A DNA stretch of 63,411 nucleotides, the filler included, from Thraustochytrium aureum (taxonomy: Eukaryota): assembly GCA_012862495.1 (NCBI GenBank). It is 7 parts of 2 records of this genome, joined end to end, with 100 filler letters (N's around TTAATTAATTAA, not from the genome) between each part and the next. Parts side by side here need not be neighbours in the genome. Positions count along the whole stretch, not along the records: positions 20,579 to 26,737 come from BLSG01000091.1; positions 26,838 to 35,806 come from BLSG01000091.1; positions 35,907 to 48,270 come from BLSG01000091.1; 4 more parts are not named here. One strand, written 5' to 3'. Positions 25,047 through 37,250 of this stretch are shown one piece after another. Position 1 is the stretch's first letter, and each line of letters begins with the position of its first letter. A program made the translations under genes and the position numbers. Under the pieces are notes generated by a model. The model worked only from the letters and a program-made list of their open reading frames with translations, was not told the origin of the DNA and did not search any database.

Positions 25047-26060
25047 ATGAAATGGGTCAGGCGCGCCGCAGTTGCAGCTCTCGCAGGCGCCGCCTGTGCG
25101 GCGCCGCGGCGTATGAGCGAGGGCGCGGCTTGAGGAGGAGGTCCTGGATGCCCTTGGACGCGACGCGAAGCATGCTGCGCCGTTCGAGAGGCCGTTGCAT
25201 TTTTGGTGAGGTTCATGCCCGAGGCAGACGTGAACGAGCTGGGCGCTGCTTACGTGGCGGACAATGTGCGCGTCGCGCTCCAAGCGCGCCAGACGTTTGC
25301 AGACAGGTGGGGTGCGGAGGCCTCGACGCCATGGCCCGTTTTCCTGAATGAGGTGCTTCCGTATGCCTCCCTAACCGAGCCCCGCGACGCTTGGCGCGGA
25401 CTGTTCTGGGGCCACATGCGAGGCTTGGTGGCGCCCTGCGAGGACGCAACGTGCGCAGCGCTAAAGCTGAACGAGGCTGCGTGGGAGATTGTCCAGCCGC
25501 CGATCAAATACGTTGCCGCCAAGGCAAACGGACTGAACAGCTACTCGCCGTTCCAAACGATGCGGCGCCACAACTCCTCCTGCACCGGGCTGTCGATCTT
25601 CCTCATCGATGCCCTCCGCAGCGTCGGCTTAGGTGCCCGGATCGCCGGAGTGCCGCACTGGAACAAGGGGGCCGACGTGTGCCCGCACGGCGATAGCGAC
25701 CCAGACTGCGGCAACCACAACTGGGTGGAGGTGTTTCTCGACGGCGAATGGCACTTTTTGGACCAGCGAGGGGCCATCAACAAAGTGAACGTGGGCTGGT
25801 TCTTCCCGGCGGATACCAGCCTGCAGCAGCACGACCCGCGCTCGCTCAACCATTCTATCTTTGCTAGCTCGTGGGCGCCGGCGACGGAGATGGCCCGCCT
25901 CGCGCCGAGCGCGTACTCGTCGTTCTCCCCAGCCGAGTACTTTCCCCTTGCATGGGACTGGGACAACCGGCGCGTGCCGGCCTGGGAGACGGTCGAGTGG
26001 TACCATAGCCTTGCGGAGCAGGCCCGGCCCGTCCGCGATGTGCTCGTCGCGAAGGTATAA
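25047..26060 (+). CDS. Secreted transglutaminase-like (Cys-His-Asp) protein of bacterial type
   Basis: Signal-like MKWVRRAAVAALAGAACAA. Motifs FLNEVLPYA...EPRDAWR, SSCTGLSIFLIDALRSVGLGARIAGVP, GNHNWVEV and WHFLD. Indels near 25100-25130. Confidence 0.8.
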
Positions 26061-26228
26061 GGGATGCCGCGTGACGACCGTCACTCCATTGCTCACGGAT
26101 CAGCACAGGCTTGCCTTTCTTGGCGACGATAAGATATTTTTGCTTGATTTGGTTGATTGAATCTGCTATGGAGAGAGAGGGCACTGGCAGCGCCTTGCAC
26201 ATTCAACCCATTACAAAAGCGGCATGCT

Positions 26229-26737
26229 TCACTTGGACGAGTAGTTCTTGAACTGCGGCTCCGCGCCAAATCCGTTGATCTTGAGCCCCCGCTCCACCGC
26301 CGGGCGCGACGCGACCGAGTCGCACCACTTCATGACGTTCTTGTAGTCCTTGAGGCCGAGCTCTTCGGCGGCGCTGTACCCAGTGTCGAGGCAGCGCACC
26401 CAGGGGTAGATCGAGATGTCGGCAATTGAGTACTCGTCTCCGCAGACGTATCGGCGCCCGTCGAGGTGCTTGTCCAGGACGTCCAAAATGCGCTTGGCCT
26501 CCATCTTGTAGCGCTCTATCGGGTACGCGAGTCGGCGCTTGGCGCCGTAGTACTTGTAAAAGTGCCCAAACTGGCCCAGGTACGGGGCGCTGCCCATCTG
26601 CCACATGAGCCAGTTGATGCACTCCACGCGCTTAGCCGGGTCGGCGGGGATCATCTTGCCGGTCTTCTCGGCCAGGTACAGCAGCATTGACCCGGACTCG
26701 AACAGCCGCGTCGGCTTGTCGCCCGGTCCGTCGTAGT
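26229..26737 (-). CDS. Glutathione S-transferase, YghU/YfcG (Nu-class)-like, 5' truncated
   Basis: LFESGSMLLYLAEKTGK, NWLMWQMGSAPYLGQFGHFY and GDEYSIADISIYPW. Confidence 0.9.
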
Positions 26738-26837
26738 NNNNNNNNNNNNNNNNNNNNNNNNNNNNNNNNNNNNNNNNNNNNTTAATTAATTAANNNNNNN
26801 NNNNNNNNNNNNNNNNNNNNNNNNNNNNNNNNNNNNN

Positions 26838-29025
26838 GGCGGCGATCGACGAGCTCGGGATTGTGCGCGCCAACGGAAACGAGCTCACCAGCGCCACGTT
26901 TTGCCTCGATTTCCTGGCACGCTCAGACCCGGCTCTGTTGTCCTGGGAATCCGAGGAGCTCGGCCCGTGCATCGACGAGCTCGCTCGCAATTTGGGGCGC
27001 GGCCAAGCTCTTCATGCCCAGCACGTCGCCAACCTGTGCGGCACGGGCCACATCGCTGCACCGCCGTTTGCTCTGCAGGCCGAGCATCACGCACCAGCCC
27101 AGGTCTCTATCCTCTCGAAGAATGCCGTGGTCAACCCGGACATCGCAATGCTCGGCGTGCACGAGCTTGTCTACGTAACGAAAGGCAAGCTGGACGGCGT
27201 GGTGTGCGAGCAGACTGTCGCCGCCCGCGTGCTCAGGCCCGACTGGGGCCCCGAAGGAGTCCAGTACCGCGCCAACCCGTTTAGAGCGAATCTAGCAGAG
27301 TTCCCCGAGCTTCGGGACGTGGACTCGCTCTGCGATTCAGTCGTGCTCGAGCCTGGCACGGTCCTCTTCCTGCCACACTCGCACGTCGCCACCTTCAAGG
27401 CCAAGGCAAAAACGGTGCTCGTGAGGCACCTCTTGGTCGACGAGCTGAACGCCAACCTTGTTCGCGATTCGGCGCTCGCAGCCGCTGTTGCTTCAGAGTG
27501 GGAGACGAGCGCAGCAATGGACGACATTCTTGCTCTGTTTAACCTGCGCGATGAGCGATGGAGCGGCTCTATAGCCATGCTCTTGCGCGAAATTCCTCGC
27601 AGGACGATTGCGGACTGGCAACTTTCCATGCGCCTTGAAACTCTCCTGAACGAGACTCGGCTTCCAGCCCCGTCGATCACTGTTTCGGGTCTCACACGAA
27701 GCTCAATCAGCGTGTCGGTTGATGCCGCCTCCGGGGCGCACGTTCTTGTGGAGTATCGCAAGCGGAGAGCCGGACAGGCTGCTTTGCGACTTGTCGGGGC
27801 CGGAGGCGTTGCGGCGCAGCTGTGCGCGATGCCGGCCATCGCGGGCTCCCTGCTGATTGCTGGCTCGATGCCTTCTATTGACAAGCCCCCCGCGGGTCGT
27901 GGAGGCACGCTCGGAGGCCTCGACGCCGCCACGTCGTACCTCATTCGCGCGCGCCTGCTCAGCGCGCACCGCCTCGTGCCCGGCCCTTGGGGCCCGTGGA
28001 GCTCTGTGGAGACGAACCAAGAGGGTGTCCCGGGCCAGCCAGAGAGCCTCCGCTCCGTCGCCTGCACCGATTCGGGCACCGTCTGCACAAATCTTGCGTG
28101 GGACCCCCCTGCGGACTCGGGCGGCCACCCCATCACTCGCTACAGAATCAAGTGGCACTTGGCCGAGCTTGCGAGCTATGCGCACGAGCAGATTTCCTCC
28201 GCAACCAACGCAACCATCCGCAACTTGCGGCCGAACCGCAAGTACGTCGTTGCAGTTGCTGCCGAGAATGCGGCGGGCGTGGGCCCCTTCAGCGCTTCCC
28301 TGGGCCCGCTGCAGTTCCCATCGACCATGTCCAGGCTCCCAGCCCTGCTCACGAACAGGTTCAACGCCGACCGCGTTCACGACAAATTGCTCGAGGGCCA
28401 CTTTTCTGAATTCGTTTCCAGCGCGCATCGCGTGCAGCTTACCGGGGACCTGGCTGCACCGCAAACCAGCGGGGGCGGTGTGCTGCCGATTGTTACGTTG
28501 TCAGACACCCTCCAGCACGTGTTTGTCCACACAGAGGACGGCCAGCTCGCGTCGAGTGTTTCAGCTTGGGCAGCGCACCACTCACCGCGCAACTACGACA
28601 TCCACGCTCGCCTTGCTTGGGCCTCCCCTCGAGACGGCTGTGGAGAGCTCCGCGACCCTGCGACCGTCGCCCATAGGATTGTAAGTTGGTTGCCGCGCTT
28701 CATTTTTTCGCGCGGTATGCGAGTTCAACGCACCTGACGCCGCCGCTCGCGATCTGTGCGTGTGTAGGCTGTGTTCGAGCGGGGGGCTTGCCCGATCCTC
28801 GTCAAGGTGCAGCACGCCCACGCTGCAAGCGCAGCTGGGGTGATTATCGTCGACAACAGCGAGGCCTGCGACGAGGCTTTCGACCACACTTGCTCGCCAG
28901 GCAGCTCCAAAACAAACATGGAGGGCTTTGCCAGGCATGACCGCTCGGACCTGTGGCACATGGTAGCCGTGCCCGTCGTCCTTTTGGGCCGAGCCGGCTT
29001 TGAATCTATTCTCGGCGCCCTTTGA
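26838..29025 (+). CDS. Cupin/JmjC-like + fibronectin type III + PA-domain protein (5' truncated; intron 28681-28767)
   Basis: VVLEPGTVLFLPH is a cupin strand. Two FN3 modules (WDPPADSGGHPITRYRI...NLRPNRKYVVAVAAENAAGVGPFS). Splicing gives HRIAVFERGACPILVKVQHAHAASAAGVIIVDN, a PA-domain signature. Confidence 0.75.
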
Positions 29026-29467
29026 TGGCGCCTCCTTTGTCGCCTGAAGGGGCGCACTGGGATTGAAACGCTGTGCGCACAACACGCTATAAAGTAGACA
29101 CCAAACTCAAAGCCAAGCAAGAGCGATCGCGGCTTTCCCACGGCAGCAGCGACTCTGCTCCTCGTTTCTGCCAAGCGCGCCGCGCTGTCGACCTGCATGT
29201 GGCACATCGCGCCAAGCGTTCACAGCGCTGGGCCTACTTTCAATCAAAACACGTCTTCCAAATCCAAAACAGAGTTGGCGAGCGAAAACACAGCGCGCGG
29301 CAGCTGCTGCGCCAGACACCAGAGCGCCGCGACGCAAGAGCAGGAGTCGCCGTCCTATCCCCCCGCTGCACGCGCCCGCGGCCTCTGGCGGACGGGAGCC
29401 GGCGCGCAGGGCTTGGGGCCCCGCCAGCGAGACGCTGGGTGAGGCCCCTCTCTGTTGTTTGGCCAAG

Positions 29468-31716
29468 ATGGCGGCCTCCGTTGGGCACGACGGCACTGGC
29501 AGCTCTGACGAGCGCAGGACGCAGAGGACGAGAGCGAGAGCCAAGCGGCAGGCGATCCCGGCAAGAGACCGCGTGATGCTGTCGACGTGGGAAAAGTGGG
29601 TGACGTACGGGAGGTTTCCGTACAAGCTCGTTCTACACTTGGCGCTCGTGACGCTGACGACGTGGCAGGTCGTGCGGTTCAACCTCGCGGACGCCGCATA
29701 CGTCCGCGCTGCACAGAGGAACTGGTACTACTACTTTTTCCCGTCCGACTACGACTTTGAAGACCGCAACTTTTACCTCTACACAGTGAACGAGGCCGTT
29801 AGCGCGGTACAGCGGGCGACGGAGAGCTACGACCGCATCGTGAGCACCTCTGTAGACCAGCTGCGGCACCCGAGCGAGGAAGACGACTCGTGCCAAAACC
29901 CCGGCCACTGCACAGATGGCCGGCTCGATGTCAGACGGTACAAGAAGCCTCCACGGGAACTCTTCCTGGAAGGCTCGCTCCGCTCGGACGTGGACGACGC
30001 CCTTGTGGAGGAGTCGATCTGGGTGAACGCAAGCTGGCTCGGTCCGCTCGACCTCGAAGAGCACACCTACGAGGAGGTCGGCGACTTTTTGCAGTCGCTG
30101 GTCGACATGCGGCTCACGTACAACTTGGTCGCGTTTGGCCCTCGAGACACGGGCCGCGAGTGCCTGATCTGGGAGATCACTCTCTTGTTCGACTTTGCGC
30201 AGCGCGGGCAGCTCGACATGTCGCTTCAGAGCCGCATCGCTGACGACTGCGTGGCTGACATGTCTTGGGTAGACATGCTCGGATTCCAGGTGCACCAGAT
30301 CAACATGGCCATTCTTTTCTTGTCTGTGTGGAGCCTCGTGCTGAGCGTGCGGTCTTTGTTTGCCTCGGCGCGCATCTTGTTTCGTGTGCAGCGCCGCTAC
30401 AAGCAGCGCCGCAGCGATTCCGCGGGCCTCGGCTCGGGCCTTGTCTCCCCGGGCAGCGAGGCATCGTACGTGCCTCTAGGCTCGCGGCCGTCGCCGGAGA
30501 GTTGGGCCAACGACGGGGCGCAAGGCTCCCAGGAGGCGAGGAGGCGGCAAGCGCTGCAGGCTTGCGACGGAACGGCGCGGCTGGCAGCGTGGAGTTTACG
30601 CCTGACGGCAGGCGCCGCAGCGACGACGCCGCCTTTGAGGGCCTCTCATGCAGCGACAAGCTGCGGTTTTTCAACCTTTGGTTTCTGCTCTCGGCCTTTG
30701 CGGCTGTGATGAACATCGCGAACGCCATGCTCGGGCTGCTTTGGAACCGGCAGTACGCGCCGCCTGGGACGGGAGAGAAGCTTTTGCTTGGGCTTGGATG
30801 CGCTCTGCTTTGGGTCAACTTGATCGCTTTCCTAACGCACAAGCCCTCGTACTATACGATTGTGCTGACGCTGACGCGAGCCGTGCCGAGGGTGGCGCGG
30901 TTTCTCCTCGGTGTCATGCCGATCATGCTTGGATACGGCTTGTTCGGAATGCTGTACTTTGGCGACCACTCCGAGCGGTTTGGGAGTTTCGGGATGTCTA
31001 TGGTGACGCTATTCGCGGTGCTCAATGGTGACGTGATTCGAGAAACCTTCATGGACCTGATAACCTTTTATCCCGTCGTGAGCCAGATCTACCTGTACAG
31101 CTTCATCTGCTTGTTCATCTACGTCGTTCTCAACGTGTTCATAGCAATCGTTGAGGAGTCGTTCTTCTCGACGCGGGCCAAGGCGCGCAGGCTTGGAGAT
31201 CTTTGCCAAGCAAGTGCGCGAAGAAGAGGAGGTTTACGCTGGGCACCGCGACGTGTCGCGTCACAGAGGCCAAGGGGATGCAGCGACGTTCAATCGAGGG
31301 CAACGCAACGACACTGCGGGTAGCAGGGGAGGGGCTCTCTCTGCGGCGCCTGGCGGGACACTGGGGTACAACACGTTCCCCGAGCGCCCTGGGTCCGAAC
31401 ACAGTGGCACAGACCCGCGTGGCGGAGATNNNNNNNNNNNNNNNNNNNNNNNNNNNNNNNNNNNNNNNNNNNNNNNNNNNNNNNNNNNNNNNNNNNNNNN
31501 NNNNNNNTGGACGCGGCTTCAAACCACCTCGCTGCCAGCCGCGCCAGGGACCGGTACGGCATGGGTCGTGCCGGGCGGCTTGGCGCTGCAGGCGCGGCAG
31601 CGGATGATTTTGACCACCGTCGCCTGCGGTGGTTTCACGACGTGCTGCAAGATCTGGAAGACGCCGGAGAACGTGGCTCGAGCCCGCGCCATTCTAGCAA
31701 CGACGTCGGCTCATAG
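29468..31716 (+). CDS. MCOLN: Mucolipin (TRPML) cation channel
   Basis: LSTWEKWVTYGRFPYKLVLHL, DKLRFFNLWF, LTRAVPRVARFL, and pore motif LFAVLNGDVIRETF...YLYSFICLFIYVVLNVFIAIVEESF. Frameshifts near 30520 and 31190. The 3' end is approximate across a gap. Confidence 0.9.
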
Positions 31717-31978
31717 GCAGCCAAGTGCGGACGGCGAATTTTTTTCAACGAGCAGGTCCGAGGCTTGGTTCATTGACCTTGGATGGCCCCCGCGCTTGCT
31801 CTTCTTTTCCCCACTCGGTCGTGGATCACGCACGACCTGGGGTTACTCAATTCCATCAGCCCGTTTGAACCCCGCCGGGGTGTGGCGAGCCGCGTTGTAC
31901 TAAAGGGGTTTGCATTTTTCATTTTCAATTTTCGGGTGTGTTACGGGCGTCAGCTACTCTGCATGTCGCCAGCTCCGC

Positions 31979-32734
31979 TCAGCTCTTCCTCCGCGTCATG
32001 TGGTCGTAGATCACAACCTGAAGGTACTCGTCTGTCTGGATCTCGGTTCGCGTCGAGTTGTCGCCGGGGCTTGCCTTGGGGTCCACGTTAATGACCTTGC
32101 GATCGCGCTTATTCTTGAACAAGAGGCCCGCCTCGTTGTCGGCGATGACCTGAAAGTTCGGTGTCGAGTTGGAGGTGCTGGTATGTGTCTCCCAGTTGTA
32201 GTAGCTCAGGTCGGTGGGCTTTGGCATCAGCTTCTTCTTGTGGTCAAAGTACGGCTCAAAGTTCTCCGTCTTGAGCCGATGCGCAAAGTCAATGTACCCG
32301 CTCACCTCTTGGCCCTGCCCCTTGTTTGTCTTGTCGCGAATAAAAATGATGCTCGTGAGCTTGCCGTTCCTGACGAGCTCCTCGCGGTTTGCCAGCGCCT
32401 GCAAGAATGGGTATCCGGAGAGGTCTTTTGAAGCGGACGCCAGCATCTTTGGCGCCGTCTGCTTTTGCGAGTGCTTGTCGCGCTCGGCCTTTTTGCGAGC
32501 TTCAAACTCCTCGCGCTTGAGCGTCTCGCCGCTCCCCCTGTACCCGAGCTCTACGAGCTGGCGCGCGAGGCTTTCATCCTCCAAGTAGTACTTGTCGGTG
32601 GAAGAGATCTGCGCATCCAAGTAGTCCTCGTACGTGACGAACATCTCTAGCGAGTCCTCGCGCCCCGCGCCGCCATGAAACTCTGCGAGCTCCTCGTCCG
32701 TCAGCGACGACCCGTTCGCGTTGGACTTGAACAT
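31979..32734 (-). CDS. CFAP299: Cilia- and flagella-associated protein 299 (C4orf22 homolog)
   Basis: TYEDYLD...YYLEDESLARQLVELGYRG, LANREELVRNGKLTSIIFIR, QEVSGYIDFAHRLK and FKNKRDRKVINVDP...YDHMTRRK. Confidence 0.93.
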   Translation of the reverse strand: MFKSNANGSSLTDEELAEFHGGAGREDSLEMFVTYEDYLDAQISSTDKYYLEDESLARQLVELGYRGSGETLKREEFEARKKAERDKHSQKQTAPKMLASASKDLSGYPFLQALANREELVRNGKLTSIIFIRDKTNKGQGQEVSGYIDFAHRLKTENFEPYFDHKKKLMPKPTDLSYYNWETHTSTSNSTPNFQVIADNEAGLLFKNKRDRKVINVDPKASPGDNSTRTEIQTDEYLQVVIYDHMTRRKS

Positions 32735-33582
32735 GGTGGTCCGGTCCAGTCGCGCTCCACCGGCAGAACGCCAGAACGGAAAAGGCCAAAGAATACGCCC
32801 TCGACCGCAACGCCCTCGACCGCAGCGCCCTCGACCGCTCCTCCAGGCCGCGTCAGCGCCTTGCAGCTCTGCGCGCGCCGCCGACGTCGTGCTCGTTTCC
32901 GAGTCTCCCCGTCTTCGCAACGGATCCTAATCCCTCTATATTATTATTAAAAGGCAAAGATACACTGCACAACAATGTAGAGGGCCAACGCGGAGCGAGC
33001 CGTAGGTGTGCACCCTGTGGCGACCGTTCGACTGCACTAAGGTGCGGCGGCGGGTTCCGGTGAACGCGCGGAAAGTGTGAATTGCCGTCCGCGCACACTT
33101 TGATCGATGCAAGAATTGCAAAACTGCGACCGAGTACGAAGGGGAAGGCGAGCGCCGGCCGGGCTCGATGCGCCAGAGGCCCGAAAGCGCCCGGCGTCGA
33201 CAGGACTCCGGCCGGGCTGGGCTCAGAACAGGTCGAGCCGCTCGCTGCTTTTGAAAGCAGAAGCCGCCGGAGCAGCCAGGTCCAGGAGCTGCGACGGGCT
33301 CCTTCCTGCACGTGCACAGGGCTGGGTCAACGTGGGCGACAAGGTGCTGCGCCGACCGGGCTTGGCGAGCCTGACAGGTTTCGCGGACGCCGCGTCGGCT
33401 CAGGGCCGGCTGAGCAGAGCTTGCGAACGCAGGCGTGCATCGGCCGGCGCTGGACAACCAACGTCGAGGACGACGGGTTGGCCACATGGCGAGCGCAAAC
33501 GCGAGCAGTCGCGGAGGGCGCGCTACAACACTCGCAGCGAGCAACGTGCGGCGAATGTGGACCGGAACGTGCAACAGCCAGG

Positions 33583-34761
33583 ATGAAGCAAGACATGTGT
33601 TTTCCGCTCCCTCGCGACCTGGTGCGTCCTCGTCGCTCCCAGCAAGACGCGACCTGGCCCGCGACCTCGGGAAGGGGCTCAAATCGCGCAGGGCGCTAGC
33701 TGCCGCGCGTCAGCGCGCAGCTCCAGATCAAGGGAGCTGCTCTCAGGGGCAGGAAGCTGGGGACGTTGCTGCAGAACAAGCCGACCCCGCTCTGAATAAC
33801 GCCGACGTGGTGGCGACCGCGCTCGGGCAGAGAGCCCGCGAAACGCAAGAGCAACAGCGGGGCTTACGTTTGCACAAGCCCAGCGGACGGACCTCGCAGT
33901 CGAAACTGGCGAGGGGCGGGCTCGCCGGCGCGTACGAGACTGCGGGAGAAATCCAGCGCAAGCCAAAGCCTCCGACAGAAGGCGCTGCGAGCGGACGGGC
34001 AGCCGATTAAAGCAAAGTGGGGAGCGAGGCTGATCAGCCAGACCCACGGGTTCCTGGCGGACCGAAACATTCGCGAGCTGTGCAACGAAACCAACTACAC
34101 GGCGCGCGAGCTGTTCGTGCTATTCAGCCGGTTCAAGGCCCTGTGCGCGCTGTCCTCGACTGCCGAGGGAATCGACAAGGAGACGTTTCGGCGCGGCGTT
34201 CCGCTGCTCTCCGTCGAAGACAACCTGTTCGTGGACCGCGTGTTCGAGGTCTTGGACGAGGACGGTTCTGGCGTGATCGACTGGGAAGAGTTTATCGAGG
34301 CGATGAGCGCCTTGGAAAAGGGTTCCAGGGAGAAGCGCACCGACTTTTTGTTTCGCGTGTACGACATCGACAAGGACGGGGGTATCACCAAGGAGGAGCT
34401 GTGCCAGTTCTTCTTGAGCAGCCTCATGGTCGAGGTGGACGACAACATCCGCGAGGTCTCAGAGTACTTTGTCAACCAAGTGTTTCGCGAGGTCGACCTG
34501 AACCAGGACGGCTCCATGACCGTGGAGGAGGCTCTCGAATTTATCAAGCGCCACCCAGAGGTGACAGACATTTACGGCATGTTTGGGCGGAGCATGATGA
34601 CCGACCACGGTAGTGGCGGAGGGGACTTTCTCGAGCAGAGCATTCTCGCAAGCGCAAAGTCAGACCAAAGCAAGGCGATATCTCGGCAACTGCGGCGCGA
34701 GACGACACGTCTTGGGATCAACGCGCTTCACCGTCGGACGACGCGGTCGCTGGTCGCATGA
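33583..34761 (+). CDS. EF-hand calcium sensor, calaxin (EFCAB1)/NCS/CBL-like, with uncertain N-terminal extension
   Basis: EF hands DEDGSGVIDWEE, DIDKDGGITKEE and DLNQDGSMTVEE. Segments GIDKETFR...FVDRVF and GSREKRTDFLFRVYD resemble calaxin. The core frame is open from ~33990. The upstream part is frameshifted and the start is uncertain. Confidence 0.78.
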
Positions 34762-34837
34762 ACTGCGCCGCGAGGCGACACGACCTGGGATGGATCAACG
34801 CGCTTCACCGTCGGACGACGCGGTCGCTGGCCGCCTG
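34689..34837. repeat. Tandem duplication (~72-76 bp) of the last codons of the EF-hand gene into its 3' flank
   Basis: AACTGCG.CGCGAG.CGACACG...GGATCAACGCGCTTCACCGTCGGACGACGCGGTCGCTGG.CGC.TG occurs twice head-to-tail. Confidence 0.8.
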
Positions 34838-35003
34838 CGCCAGGTGGTGACGTCGGAGGGTTGGCTGGAAAACAAACACTGATTCACTTCTTTCTTGAGG
34901 TAGGGTAATGAATGCCATCTTCCCGAGGTAAGCCCTTCGTGGGCCGTTCTCTTGGCTCGCGCGGCGCACGCCGACGTCACAGCGTGGCGGCTTCCCGCTG
35001 CGC

Positions 35004-35397
35004 TCAGGCCTTGAGCGCTTCGACGGCCTCCTTGACTTTTTCCATGCTGGCGCCAATCACGCGCTTGAACTCTTCACCGTTCTTGAACAGGATAAAGGTG
35101 GGCATCGCGGTCACTTCGTACTTGGCGGCGAAGTCGTCCAGGTCGTCGACGTTCACCTTGAGGAAGAGGACGTCTGGCTCCGACTCTGCCAGCTTGGCAA
35201 AGTCGGGCGCGATCCTCTTGCACGGCCCGCACCAGTCGGCAAAGCAGTCCACTGCGCATGCGCTCCTCCGTCAGCCCCTGCGCGCGCGCCGCAACGGCGG
35301 CCGACCCTGCCTGGCCGTGGCGGCACTTACCAATAATCATGCTGTTGTTCTTCAGCAGCTCCTCGAAGTCGCCCGAGTCCTCCAGCACCTTGACCAT
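35004..35397 (-). CDS. TXN: Thioredoxin; intron 35252-35330
   Basis: The spliced product is MVKVLEDSGDFEELLKNNSMIIVDCFADWCGPCKRIAP...AMPTF, with the WCGPC active site. The intron is GTAAGT..CAG. Confidence 0.95.
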
Positions 35398-37250
35398 CTT
35401 GTCGCCGCCCTCTGCTGACTCTTCCTGCCGATCGCTTGACCTCGTGATCTTCAAATGCGGCGACTGCGTGCAGCGTGGCGTTGCGGGTCTGCTGCGGCTG
35501 GGCTCGGCTCCGATCGATCGATCAACACATTCCATCACAACATCCTTCTCCTCAGGCTCCCCATCTCTGTCCAGAGTCTCCACGTGACAGAGATACTACT
35601 CTACACACGGGAGCGATCATCGATCGATCATAGCTCATCTTCCGCGAGAGAGATGTTGTTCCGCTTCGAGGCAAAGCGCCACGAAGACGATCGATCGACC
35701 GTCGCCTGAGCGTCGACGATCGAGAGTGTCTCGAAGGCCTGGTCGCGACTGCACCTACTCGTACTCGCTGACAGCAGTTCAGTTCAGAAGCTACTTGAGT
35801 AAGTACNNNNNNNNNNNNNNNNNNNNNNNNNNNNNNNNNNNNNNNNNNNNTTAATTAATTAANNNNNNNNNNNNNNNNNNNNNNNNNNNNNNNNNNNNNN
35901 NNNNNNGTTTGACGGGTGTGTGCGTGGGGCTAAGTTGAAGCTGGCAGCTTTCAACGCCCCCAAGAGTGACCACCGAAATCCGAGTGCGGCCCGTGCGGAA
36001 ATTGAGTATCACGCTGTAGCGCTTTCACCGGCTGCAGGTTTCCGCCCTTTTCAGATGCACTGCCGTCATCCTTGATTGCAGAGTCAGGACCGGAGGCCCG
36101 CAAATCGCCCGATGTTCCGCGTGCATTCGTGCATATCAATAGTCCCTCTTCCTCCTCTTTCGAATGTTATTTCGCAACAGTCGGGGGTGTGCCTACCCAT
36201 CCAAGGGGCTTCAGGCGAGTAGACCGCTTCCACCGTCGAACGCGGTTTTTCGCGCGTCAGCGTAGGATATTATCGGCTGTTCTGCGCACGCCTGCGAGAC
36301 TCGACAGGCGAAGGGTGTATGGACAGGAAGTACGCCACATGGGTGCGACCCGACCACCTTCGCGGCTTGCTTTCCATTTCTTCAGAGGCGCTTCGCGGCG
36401 CGCCCGCTGAGCTTCAGCCGCAGGCCCCTGGCCTGGAGTCGTAAAATTGAAAGCTACGTAGCTTTGTAGCAGCGGTATTGAAGTCCTCTTTTTTATATTC
36501 GCTGGGCGATTTGGGACCTCCGGGCGTTCTCCTTGAAGCCGAGTTGTCGCCAAGACCCAGGTGCCCTCGCCTGGGTCTGCCGCGTAGCGTTACACCACCC
36601 ATTATCTTGTGAGGCGCCTCGCACAGTGATCGCTCCAGCACAGCTCTTGACCGGAGCAACGGGCGCGGGATGGCTGGGTAGCTTCTAAACTGGAGCTTGC
36701 TCCGCTCTAGAGTCCGAAGCGGAGTGGGCGGCTCGCGCTCTTGGCTTTCTTCTCTTTTGGGTGTTGGCTTCCCCCTCTGTTACCGGCCCTCTGCGATGGA
36801 GAGATTGAACCTGGCAGAAAGAGCAAGCTCTCGCCCAACAACTTGATCAGCCTTGATCAGCTTGATTGAGCGACTCGCTGGCAAGCTCCCCAACCATCTC
36901 TGTCGGCACAAGGAGCGCGAGCCGCAGTCTGGCCTCGCAGTCGCGCGGCGCGCGGACCTGGGCATAGGCCCCGAATTGGCCCTGCCAAGGACCTGGCAGG
37001 TTGTTGGAAGGAAAAGCCCTGCAGCGACGAACCGCCGCCCACCACGGCGGGCAAACCATCAAGCCCGCGCCACGCGGCCGGCGTGCGGTTAGGAAAGCTG
37101 CGATCGTCGCGCTTGCTCGATCATCGCACTCGCTCGGTGATCGCGCGCGCGGCGCTGCCGGGCGGCGCCTGCTGTCGCCTGGCAGGACTGTCGCGCACTC
37201 CTCCCCGCCGCGCGCCGAAGAAGCGCTCCGCGGGAGGAGACCAAGCAAGG

